Assembly: GCA_964550175.1 (NCBI GenBank) | Contig: CAZJXP010000001.1 | Location: 322,774-386,773, forward strand | Length of the DNA: 64,000 nt | Direction: 5' to 3' | Origin: an uncultured Methanosarcinales archaeon | Lineage (GTDB): Archaea > Nanobdellota > Nanobdellia > Woesearchaeales > ARS49 | Shown: piece after piece, positions 9,695-20,338 of the stretch | Layout: the number at the start of each line of letters is the position of its first letter | How positions within the stretch are numbered: the first letter of the stretch is position 1 | Program-made: the position numbers and the translations under genes | Notes under the pieces: model-generated | What the model was told of the DNA's origin: nothing | What the model saw: only the letters and a program-made list of their open reading frames with translations | Database searches by the model: none

Positions 9695-10105
9695 ATGAAC
9701 GCCACGGAGCAGGCCAAAGACATCCTCGCCAGCCAGCGGGCTTGCGTGCTCGCTACTTCTTCGCTTGACGGCAAGCCCGAAGCCGCGACGATTTACTTCG
9801 CCGAAGAAGGATTCAACCTATACTTCGAGACGTTCGCGACCTACCGAAAGTACGCGAATTTAACCGCAAATCCCCGCGCGAGCGTCGTGGTGAACAACCC
9901 TCCGTTGACGCTGCAGATGGACGGCACCGTGCACCAATTATCCGGGGCGGACACCGAGCACGCCAAAAAGAGACTGATGGAGAAGCGACGGAAGACCAAG
10001 AAGTATGACGAAAAATTCATCTTCTTCAAATTCATGCCGACGCGTGTGCATGTCATGACCAAGGCCGAATGGCCGCCGACGTTCGAGACGATACTTGGGA
10101 AATAG
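9695..10105 (+). CDS. pyridoxamine 5'-phosphate oxidase-family FMN-binding protein
   Basis: VLATSSLDGKPEAATIYF, RKYANL.ANPRASV. Confidence 0.85.
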   Translation: MNATEQAKDILASQRACVLATSSLDGKPEAATIYFAEEGFNLYFETFATYRKYANLTANPRASVVVNNPPLTLQMDGTVHQLSGADTEHAKKRLMEKRRKTKKYDEKFIFFKFMPTRVHVMTKAEWPPTFETILGK

Positions 10106-10125
10106 TTTTGCGTTTTCTCATCATC

Positions 10126-10210
10126 GCTACCCCTGGCCGTTATTGATTTAGTGGCTCTCTTTTTATTAGACTTATTGCCTAAACTCTACAAAATGGGGCG
10201 GTAAAAAGTT
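10126..10210. repeat. Dispersed element copy
   Basis: degenerate left end, CAAAATGGGGCGGTAAAAAG right end, 74-nt span. Confidence 0.7.
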
Positions 10211-10244
10211 TTGTAAAGCACAAAGATAACGCAGAAAAATAAAG

Positions 10245-10295
10245 TGGACCCGGACAGACATACACCGAACGAGTTCGGTGAGCCTGTACGGGTCC
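10245..10295 (-). other. hairpin with tRNA-Ile acceptor stem (tRNA mimic or duplication scar)
   Basis: GGACCCGTA...TCTGTCCGGGTCCA ends identical to the adjacent tRNA-Ile. Confidence 0.6.
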
Positions 10296-10336
10296 GTTGG
10301 TTACGTGTCCGAACTTGCATCCGAACATCGTTTCTA

Positions 10337-10467
10337 TGGACCCGGACAGATTTGAACTGTCGACCGGTGGTGTGCCTAGGTTAGCCTACCTGTGCAGACG
10401 TGAGTCTGCGTTGTGATGAGCAGCGCCATATAAGACCACTGCTCTAGCCGGACTGAGCTACGGGTCC
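10337..10467 (-). tRNA. tRNA-Ile(TAT) with 56-nt intron at 37/38 (10373-10428)
   Basis: GGACCCG acceptor, GTGGT-CTTATA|intron|C-ACCAC, GTTCAAATC; BHB-like helix CTTA:TAGG. Confidence 0.88.
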
Positions 10468-10548
10468 GGGCTAGATTCGGTTGTTGCTCTTTTAAAGGTT
10501 TGTGATGCAATTCGTTAGTTCCAATTCCTGCGCCGCTGGTTCGTCCTT

Positions 10549-10620
10549 GCAGATTTTGCGTTTGTGTGAGGTCGTCGATAATCCATACCGACACTCGACC
10601 AATCGGGGCGGTAAAAAGTT
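10549..10620. repeat. Dispersed element, conserved subfamily copy
   Basis: closely similar along its length to 34718-34789 (inverted) and 59431-59502. Confidence 0.9.
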
Positions 10621-10757
10621 TGGCAAGGACGAGAGAGCGTGACAAAAAATCATTTATTCATCAGATATCTTTAAATACGGCTGATTAGCACTTTCCAGTA
10701 TTCGCGCTCACCGAACAACCATTCGGTGGCGCACGAGCCTGCTTCGGCAGTCTCTTT

Positions 10758-10828
10758 GCGCTTGTGGTCTAATGGTAGAATACGACCTTGCCAAGGTTGT
10801 GATGCGGGTTCGATTCCCGCCGAGCGCA
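10758..10828 (+). tRNA. tRNA-Gly(GCC)
   Basis: cloverleaf, TT-GCC-AA loop, GTTCGATTC. Confidence 0.95.
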
Positions 10829-10860
10829 CTTTCGCGAAAAAGTCAGTAAAAGAAATCATT

Positions 10861-10935
10861 GCTCCTGTCGTCTAGACCGGTCAAGGATGGAGCCCTTTCG
10901 AGGCTCTGACACGGGTTCAAATCCCGTCGGGAGCA
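10861..10935 (+). tRNA. tRNA-Glu(TTC)
   Basis: GAGCC-CTTTCGA-GGCTC arm, GTTCAAATC. Confidence 0.95.
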
Positions 10936-10938
10936 CTT

Positions 10939-11439
10939 ATGGCCGAGCACGTCATCTTAGTGGATCCTCACGACAAGGAAATCGGCACTTCTGAGAAATT
11001 GCAGGCGCACAAAGATGGCAAATTGCACCGCGCGTTCTCCATTTTCGTCTTCAACAAAAACGGCGAGATGCTGATTCAGCGTCGCGCGCTGACGAAGTAC
11101 CATTGTGGGGGGTTGTGGGCAAACACTTGTTGTGGACATCCTCGGCCGGGCGAGAAACTGGATGCGGCCGCGCACCGACGCATCAAGGAAGAATTAGGGT
11201 TCGACTGCCCGATGCGCGAACAATTGCACTACACGTACAAAACGTCGTTTGAAAACGGATTAACTGAACACGAATATCTGCACGTTTTCGTCGGGCAGTT
11301 CGACGGCACGCCGAAATTAAACGCGGAAGAAGTTTCCGAAATCAAGTGGGTTTCCGTCGATGAAATCAAGCAGGAACTCAAACAGCATCCGAAGCACTAC
11401 GCGTTCTGGTTCCACGAAAGCATGCAACGATTATTCTAG
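10939..11439 (+). CDS. idi: isopentenyl-diphosphate delta-isomerase, type 1
   Basis: LHRAFSIF, WANTCCGHP, EHEY.HVF, EEV..IKW. Confidence 0.95.
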   Translation: MAEHVILVDPHDKEIGTSEKLQAHKDGKLHRAFSIFVFNKNGEMLIQRRALTKYHCGGLWANTCCGHPRPGEKLDAAAHRRIKEELGFDCPMREQLHYTYKTSFENGLTEHEYLHVFVGQFDGTPKLNAEEVSEIKWVSVDEIKQELKQHPKHYAFWFHESMQRLF

Positions 11440-12062
11440 CAGCAGAAGCAGCTTCGCTCGTCATACACTTCAGGGAAGTTCATGTACCAGTCGTAATCGC
11501 AGTCCGCGGTCTCGGTGCGCAAGACCGACTCAGAGTTCGCGCCGATGATGTGCGACTCGACTTCCCAACGGACTGTCATGGCGCCGGTGCATTTGAACCC
11601 CCTGTTACCGCAGGCCGTGTCGCACGAGCCCGACGTGATGGTCGTCGATGAGCACGGCTGGTTCATCCGGTTTTCTAAAACGTCAATTCGGCCCTGCATG
11701 TCGTTGACGGTGCCGATGAGATCATCGATGGCCGCCTGTTGGTCCGCACAGCAGCCGCTCGACGTGTCCGTTGAGGTTGTATCCTCAGGCGTGTCGCTCG
11801 TTTCAATCTCGCCGAAAATTTCCGTGAAAAACCGGTTCCAGAATCCCGGCTTGATGTCGACAGTCGTTTCCAGCTTCGCAGACTCGGGCGGATTGACCGT
11901 CGACGCGCCGAGCTTCGAGGAGCTCGCCACCGCGCCCGTTAACAGATTAGATGAATGCTTGACGACCCAGCCGTCGTGAAAAGGAGAAGATGACACCGCG
12001 ATTGCGGCCGCCAACAAGATGGCGACGACGATGATGGGCGTATGGTTCGGTTTCATCAGCAA
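11436..12062 (-). CDS. secreted Cys-rich protein (paralog 1)
   Basis: signal peptide, coiled coil, C-terminal Cys cluster ending CFCC. Confidence 0.75.
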   Translation of the reverse strand: MLMKPNHTPIIVVAILLAAAIAVSSSPFHDGWVVKHSSNLLTGAVASSSKLGASTVNPPESAKLETTVDIKPGFWNRFFTEIFGEIETSDTPEDTTSTDTSSGCCADQQAAIDDLIGTVNDMQGRIDVLENRMNQPCSSTTITSGSCDTACGNRGFKCTGAMTVRWEVESHIIGANSESVLRTETADCDYDWYMNFPEVYDERSCFCC

Positions 12063-12454
12063 CAGACGCAGTCGCGCACGAGGATTCTGTCACCCGGAGT
12101 GCCGAAGACGCACGAAGGTTTTGATTCATCGCCGCAGTTGCTCGTTCCGCACGAGAAACCCCACTTGTTGTTCCGGCTCACGTCTCGTATCGACGCGCCG
12201 CTGCACTGCAGGCCTTTTATTCCGCAGGAATAATCGCAGTCGCCGTACTGAGAAAGCACGCTTCGGCAGGCGCTCGGACGGTCATTGACCGCCAAACCGG
12301 TGATGGTCTCAACCGAGTTCGGCTTCTCCGCGTCGCGCAAAATCATGGAGGAGGAATACTTGACGCTCCAGCCGTCGTGGATAGGCGAGGACGAGACCGC
12401 TATCGCAACGGCCAAGAAAAACATCAATCCTACGAATCCATGCTGCGACTTCAT
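12056..12454 (-). CDS. secreted Cys-rich protein (paralog 2)
   Basis: shares AIAVSSSP.HDGW.VK.SS and Cys pattern ending CVCC. Confidence 0.75.
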   Translation of the reverse strand: MKSQHGFVGLMFFLAVAIAVSSSPIHDGWSVKYSSSMILRDAEKPNSVETITGLAVNDRPSACRSVLSQYGDCDYSCGIKGLQCSGASIRDVSRNNKWGFSCGTSNCGDESKPSCVFGTPGDRILVRDCVCC

Positions 12455-12684
12455 CGAACACCTCTTTATAGTTAGTGTTGGTTATTTCGCATATAAAAAG
12501 GCTCTGGTTGAACGTTTACTTTGACGACGATACCACAAAATCGGCAAGGGACAGCGTGTCGGGAAAAGTAACGACGTGCAGTTGATTTGGCGGACTGCAA
12601 GTCCGCCGCGTCTCGTTGCACCTCCAGATGGTGCACGTCATCTGAGCGGAAGCTTTATAAAAGACCCATCGTGAGCAACAAACC

Positions 12685-12792
12685 ATGAAACGAGGCTCAC
12701 GCCGCTGGAAGAAGAAACAGCAAATGCGATGGAAGTGGCAGCGTAAGCGAATGAAGAAAGAGAAGCGAAAGCGAGCCGCTCGCACCGCCTAA
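12685..12792 (+). CDS. rpl41e: ribosomal protein eL41 (eS32)
   Basis: MKRGSRRWKKKQQMRWKWQRKRMKKEKRKRAARTA; TTTATAAA upstream; below ORF cutoff. Confidence 0.88.
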   Translation: MKRGSRRWKKKQQMRWKWQRKRMKKEKRKRAARTA

Positions 12793-13172
12793 TGGGCCTC
12801 TTTGATTTTTTTAACCGTTCTACGACAATTTCTTTCGTTTTGAACTCGCCTGATTTGGTCCGTTGCGCCCAGTGCATTCAGATCACGTTGCAGCAGGCCG
12901 ACGACAAAATCGCGAACGTCGGGCCGCTGCGCAAGGAGGATTACGTCTCGATCGGGTCGAGCATTCTGGTCTGTGCGAAGGAATATTCCGGGTTGCCGTC
13001 GGAAAAACCCGCGGTCGTTTCGGTCAAATTGCACGACGCGAAGCTGATTTCGATAGCGCGCGGCGTGAAGCAATTCCTCGAAGCGGCAGACGTTGACAAG
13101 CGACCCGCCGTCAGCGCGCAACGGACGCTGAAGTTGTTGGGCAACGCGCTGATGCGCGAATTCAGGCAATAA
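12792..13172 (+). CDS. hypothetical protein
   Basis: 126-aa ORF, TAATG overlap with rpl41e. Confidence 0.65.
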   Translation: MGLFDFFNRSTTISFVLNSPDLVRCAQCIQITLQQADDKIANVGPLRKEDYVSIGSSILVCAKEYSGLPSEKPAVVSVKLHDAKLISIARGVKQFLEAADVDKRPAVSAQRTLKLLGNALMREFRQ

Positions 13173-13216
13173 CGAAATATATTTATATCATTACAGTCTT
13201 TGTAACACAAAACCCC

Positions 13217-13747
13217 ATGGACGCCCTCTTCGTTAAAACCGTAATCGGCTGGCTCGTGTTGTTATTGCAAATCCTGATCATGTTCTCACTGTTTTCTTTG
13301 TTCATTCCGTCGATACGGAAATCGCGCGCATTCGCCTTGCTCAAGAAAAACGCACTTTTGATCTCATTCCTGATTGCCCTCACCTCAATGCTCGGCAGCC
13401 TGTTCTTCTCGGAAATCCTGGGCTGGGAGCCGTGCGTGCTGTGCTGGTACCAGCGCATCGTGCTCTATCCGCTCGTGTTCATCTTCGGAACGGCGCTGCT
13501 GCGCAAAAAAACGGACTCGTTCACGTATGCGATTCCTTTGGCAATTGTCGGGCTGTTCATCGCCGCGTACCATTTCATCATCCAACTACTGGCAAAATTC
13601 GGAACGGAAGTCGCGTGTTCAACGAACGGAGTCCCGTGCAACGTCTCACCGACGTGGATGTTCGGCTACGTGACGATCCCACTCATGGCATTCACCGCGT
13701 TTACCGCAATCCTTTTATTCGCTTGGATGCACGGAACAAAAGAATGA
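13217..13747 (+). CDS. dsbB: disulfide bond formation protein B (DsbB/BdbC)
   Basis: GSLFFSE...EPCVLCWYQR, second Cys pair, FGYVTIP.M. Confidence 0.92.
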   Translation: MDALFVKTVIGWLVLLLQILIMFSLFSLFIPSIRKSRAFALLKKNALLISFLIALTSMLGSLFFSEILGWEPCVLCWYQRIVLYPLVFIFGTALLRKKTDSFTYAIPLAIVGLFIAAYHFIIQLLAKFGTEVACSTNGVPCNVSPTWMFGYVTIPLMAFTAFTAILLFAWMHGTKE

Positions 13748-14088
13748 AAACGATCACGTTGTTCGGACTTTTTGCGCTGCTTCTTTTTGTCGTCGGATGC
13801 GCGCCCAACCACGACGTGCTGGCGGACTGCTTGTCCGCGAACGGGGTGAAATTCTACGGCGCATTCTGGTGCCCGCATTGCGAGGCGCAAAAGGAATTAT
13901 TCGGATCTTCCGTAGACCGATTGCCGTACATCGAGTGTTCGCTGCCGGACAAATCCGCGCAGACTCAAGTGTGCGTCGACGCGAACGTCGAAAGCTATCC
14001 GACGTGGGAGTTTGCCGACGGAACGCGACTGACCGGCGAACAGCCGCTCGATAGACTGGCGATAAAAGCGGGTTGCGCTGTTGAGTGA
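13744..14088 (+). CDS. thioredoxin-like lipoprotein (CPHC)
   Basis: lipobox VVGC, FYGAFWCPHC, YIEC, SYPTW; ATGA overlap with dsbB. Confidence 0.88.
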   Translation: MKTITLFGLFALLLFVVGCAPNHDVLADCLSANGVKFYGAFWCPHCEAQKELFGSSVDRLPYIECSLPDKSAQTQVCVDANVESYPTWEFADGTRLTGEQPLDRLAIKAGCAVE

Positions 14089-14116
14089 TTTTTCTACGAC
14101 CGCACTAGCGACGCTA

Positions 14117-14220
14117 CAAAAATAGCCGGTAAAAAGTCAACGTGCGAAGAAGCTGTAACGAAATAAATGCGACCTGCCGTTGCGGCGGTTGGCGGGCGCA
14201 GCCCCGGCCAGCAATGCCGC
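14117..14220. repeat. Composite: element terminus plus GC-rich segment
   Basis: inverted homolog of 61021-61132. Confidence 0.75.
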
Positions 14221-14274
14221 CAAAAACACGACTTTTTCTGCCATTTTACCCCCTTTAAATACCTCGACGATACC

Positions 14275-14282
14275 TTTATATA
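14275..14282 (+). promoter_or_regulatory. candidate TATA box of rRNA operon
   Basis: TTTATATA ~420 nt upstream of 16S. Confidence 0.45.
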
Positions 14283-14703
14283 CAACCTACTAGGTTCTTC
14301 AGCTATTCCCTTCACGACGAAGGGAATCTTTGATCAACACCAACAGTTCTGTCCATCACCAACCTCGGTTGGAAGGCGGTATTTCCCCGCTGCGAGACGA
14401 ATGTCAGCGAACTCACAACATCAGATGTTGTGCGCTCATATTCATGAATGCGCATCGCTACAGATGCGCACGATGAACGAACAACCAAACTGTCAATTCT
14501 AGAGAGTTTTATAGTGATGCTTCGAGATTAAGCTCGAACGTATTTTTGACACGGATACTTTTTCGAAAGGAAAATTATCGTGCGAAAACAGCAATGTTTT
14601 TCGTGTCAAAAACGATACTTGCGACCAAAATAAAAAGTTAATGAACGCGGCCTCGACAGCAATGTCGAGATGTTCATAGCTTGCAATTAGACGAAACGTC
14701 AAG

Positions 14704-16171
<1,468 letters not shown>

Positions 16172-16292
16172 TTTCTTTTTTTCAATAAAATGAAAAACTG
16201 AATAATCATGTTGATATTGACACCGAGTAACATCGGTCATGGGAAAATTTATTTTTCCATGAGTTTGGTTGTTCGATTTTTTTCATACTCCG

Positions 16293-16364
16293 GGGCTCGT
16301 AGCTCAACGGTAGAGCGCTCCCTTTGCAAGGGAGAGGCTCCGGGTTCAAATCCCGGCGAGTCCA
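16293..16364 (+). tRNA. tRNA-Ala(TGC) in ITS
   Basis: G3:U70 pair, TT-TGC-AA loop. Confidence 0.96.
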
Positions 16365-16500
16365 TGTTTTGATTTGGAAAACGAATCACATTCGAATCCA
16401 GAATCGACACATGGACGAGACGGTGCAGGAGAACGCGCAAGCGTTCGACTCGCACCGGCGAGTCCGGAATCACAAGAAAAAACGTACTGCGACGATACGA

Positions 16501-16560
16501 CAAAATCTGCAGGGGAAAAGCAAAGCTGGGGAACCAGAAACTTTTTACCGGCACGTTTGG
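16501..16560. repeat. Dispersed element termini in rRNA spacer
   Basis: CAAAATCTGCAGGG and CTTTTTACCGGCACGTTTGG. Confidence 0.7.
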
Positions 16561-16763
16561 AAGTTCGTTCGTCAGAAACGTAGTCACAAAGTTCACAGGA
16601 AATCATCAAGCTCATTGGTTCATAACGATGGGAAACGCTCGGCGGCTGTATTGCGTCGATCGATTGGTTAAGGAAATGAGTATGACAAATTTAATGGGTG
16701 ACCGTTGTTCACAACGGTCACGCGGAACAACAGGTTCCGTGATGTCTTCACTCTCATTTTGAT

Positions 16764-16778
16764 GCGACCGTGCATGAG
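16764..16778 (+). other. 5' arm of pre-23S processing stem (pairs with 20186-20200)
   Basis: GCGACCGTGCATGAG complementary to CTCATGCACGGTCGT. Confidence 0.8.
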
Positions 16779-16819
16779 GCCTATATTGCATAAGATAGGG
16801 AAATCGACTTGAAAGAAAG

Positions 16820-19800
16820 TCAAATTAACTTATATGGTGGAGGACTTGGTTCTCGACGCCGATGAAGGACGTGGCAAGCTGCGATAAGCTTCGGCGACCC
16901 GCACGCAGGGGTTGACCCGGAGATCTCCGAATAGGACTTCCTTTTAAGACCGCAAGGTCGGGGAACGGGGGGAATTGAAACGTCTTAGTACCCCCAGGAA
17001 AAGAAACCAATAGGGATACGGTGAGTAAGAGCGACTGAAAACCGCATACGACAAACCGAATCTTGCATTGAAAGATGCAAGGCATGTGGTGTGATAAGGA
17101 CTTTCATTTAGGCTACGCTCGATACGACAAAGTCGCCTGGAACGGCGCGCCAGAGAGGGTGATAGCCCCGTCGTCAGTGTTGAGAGAGCTGAGAAAGTAT
17201 CCTGAGTACTGTCCCTCGGAAATGGGGCAGGAAGATGGGAGGCATCTACTTCCAATCGTAAACACGTCGAGAGTCCGATAGCGTACAAGTACCGTGAGGG
17301 AAAGTTGAAAAGAACCCGTGACAGGGAGTTCAAAGAGCCTGAAACCATATAAGGATAGTCCTCTAATGCTTCAAGGAGTGTTAGAGTCCGTTGCGAATAA
17401 TGTGCCAGGGAGTGCCGGGGATGTGGCGAGGGTAAGCAGATCATCTGCGGACCCGTAGCGAAAGCGACACGCACGCAGGTAACAAGGTGCGCGGTATGAA
17501 AGTGCCGGAAGTCACATCATGGCAACCCGAAACCACTCGATCTAATCCTGAGCAAGATGAAGCGGGGGTAAAACCCCGTGGAGGTCTGAAGAGGTTCTGG
17601 ATGCATCCGTTCTTCTGACTTGGGATTAGGGGTGAAAAGCCAATCGAGAGTGGTGATAGCTGGTTCCTTCCGAAATTGGCCATAGTCAAGCCTCAAGCGA
17701 GATGGCGTTCGCTGTAGAGTCACAGATTGGGGGCTTAGGCTTCGAAAGAGGTCGGCCCTTTGTCTAACTCCGAATACGAGCGCGTCGTAGACCTTGGGAG
17801 TCGGGGCGTCGGCGTAAGGTTGATGTCCAAGAGGGGAACAACCCAGACATACATTAAGGTCCCTAAGTACCAATTAAGTGTGAAAGGCGAAAGGTTGTTC
17901 ATTGCCACAGACAGCGAGGAGGTAGGCTTAGAAGCAGCCACCCTTTAAAAAGTGCGTAACAGCTCACTCGTCAAGGCAATGAGTACCTACAATGGACGGG
18001 GCTAAATTGGTCACCGATATGTATGGCATCTCAAAAGGATGCGGTAGGAAGGCGTTCGGTGCGCGTAGAACGTGGCTTGAAAGGGCCACGGGAGCGCTTC
18101 GAAATGAGAATCCTGGCGTGAGTAGGATCATAGTGCTGTGAGAATCAGCATCGCTGAAAGGGCAAGGGTTTCTAGACACTGTCGATCAGTCTAGAGTTAG
18201 TCGGTCTTAACTGCGACCCCCACTGGGTCGTGTGAGGAAAAGGCAACAGGTTAATATTCCTGTACCATGTGTGTATGTGCGGCAACGCAAGCGTCATTAC
18301 CGACGCTTCGGGGTCAGTCGACACGAACTGTCGTTCGTGCTAAAGAAGATACAACCGAGGAGTATCGTCATGATGAGAATCGGTTGAACACTCTGAATGG
18401 TTCCGCTTTGCGGAATTCGGCCTATCCCTGGAGCCCGTGAAAAGGGAAAGACGAAAAATCACATATGTCCGTACCCAGAACCAGCACTGGTGCCCCTAGG
18501 TGAGAAGCCTCAAGTGTGAAGGAGACAACCCGGGCGAGGGAACTCGGCCAATTGGTCCCGTGCCTTCGGTAGAAGGGATCCCTGCGGCCGTGTGCATATG
18601 CATGGCGGCGGCAGGGCGCAGAGACCAGGGGTTCCCGACTGTTTAACAAAAACACAACTTCGTGCGAAGCTGAAAAGCTGTGTATACGAGGTGACGTCTG
18701 CCCAGTGCAGGTATCCGAATACCCTTTTCAAGGGGTTAAAGGACCTGTAAACGGCGGAAGTAACTATAACTTTCTTAAGGTGGCATTTACGACTGCCTTA
18801 GTGGGGTGTGAGACCCCTTCGATTGATTCACGCGCGCCGTGAACGACGAAAAAATCTGGCTATATGCTGGAACATCTGTTGCTGTTTTCGAATTTTAAAA
18901 CGAAAACAGCGTCAACGCAAGTTGATATCCGGTTGCATTGGTAACGGTGCAAACGCAGACAATCAGCAGGAAAGGCCGAGGCGACTTTTCGGAGTGTAAT
19001 AACTCCGAAGCGAAGCTTCGGAATCCTCAGAGACTGCATGCCAAGACAGCATTTTATGGAGAGCTCATCACTCACCGACATCAGCAATGATGGAAATGTT
19101 GAAGATACAGTCCGAGCTTAACAGCGATGTTAAGAACGTGACAGAAATGATCATGTCGTCAAGCAATTGACGTAACAAAAATGAGCGAAATGCCTTGTCA
19201 TTTGATTGGTGACGTGCATGAAGGGCGCAACGAGGTCCCCACTGTCCCCGCCCGGAATCCTCTGAAACCCCCTTCTGGTGCAAAGGCCAGAGAAGTCCAG
19301 TAGGAAGTGAAGACCCCGTGAAACTTTACTGTAGTCTGTCGCTGTGACGTGGAGATCATTGCATAGGGTATGCAGGAGCCGTTATGCGGAAACTTTCGGG
19401 TTTCCGATAGGCACCGATGTAACACTGCACTCTGATTTCCGCGCCGCTCACCCGATTGGGGACACCGATTGACGGACAGTTCGGCTGGGGTGGCACGCCG
19501 ATGAAAACATATCATCGGCGCCCAAAGGTTGGCTCAGACGGGTCAGAAATCCGTCGTAGCGTGCAAGGGCATAAGCCAGCCTGATTGGAATCCGATCAAG
19601 AACGATTCCAAACGCGAAAGCGTGGCCTAGCGAACCTCACTGCGCCTCTTGATGAGGCCGTGGGATGACCGAAAAGTTACTCCGGGGATAACAGAGTTGT
19701 CGCGCCTGAGAGTTCACATCGACGGCGCGGCTTGCTACATCGACGTCGGCTCTTCCTCTCCTAGGTGTGCAGTAGCATCTAAGGGTACGGGAGTTCACCG

Positions 19801-20125
19801 GTTAAAAGGGATCGTTAGCTGGGTTCACAACGCTGTGAGGCAGTTGGTATACGATCCACTGGACTTGCATAAACTTCTGAGGGGAAGGAAGACATAGTAC
19901 GAGAGGAACTGTCTTTCGTGGCCTCTAGTCTACCGGTTATCTGACAAGGTATTATGCCGGGCAGCCACGCCATATGGGATAAACACTGAAAGCATCTAAG
20001 TGTGAAACCCACCTCGAAAAGAGAAGAAAGGACGCTCATAGAAGATGAGTTCGATGGAAACGGGGTGTACGTGTTTAGGTAACGAGACACTCAGCCTGCG
20101 TTCCCCAAAAGTCCGTTATTACTTT
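16820..20125 (+). rRNA. rrl: 23S rRNA interrupted by a group I intron
   Basis: CCGATGAAGGACGTG, AGTACCGTGAGGGAAAG, GGGATAACAG, sarcin-ricin loop AGTACGAGAGGAAC; ends approximate. Confidence 0.96.
18782..19183 (+). ncRNA. group I intron (IB-like core, ~L1931 site, no ORF)
   Basis: splits TAAGGT|AGCGAAAT; ends in G; P ATGCTGGAA, Q AATCAGCAGG, R TCAGAGACTGCA, S AAGATACAGTCC; P1 TAAGGT:GCCTTA. Confidence 0.93.
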
Positions 20126-20338
20126 ATTTTATGTTTTGTAGGATGATCATTCAGGCAACTTTATGATCAATGCGCCTTCGGCGCTCTCATGCACGGTCGT
20201 TTCTTTTTTTTATTCTAGTTTTATTTCATTTTCAATGGATTCAGCGTGAGCTGGATTCTGAAAAATCATTTTTGAATGGAGCTAGCGAGAGCCATATTAT
20301 GACTGAACAGTTAATGAAAAAGCAATAAATAGAGTTAA

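Noticed and set aside
18808..19087. Homing endonuclease in the intron
   Set aside because: Short ORFs overlap the ribozyme core and lack LAGLIDADG, GIY-YIG or HNH motifs
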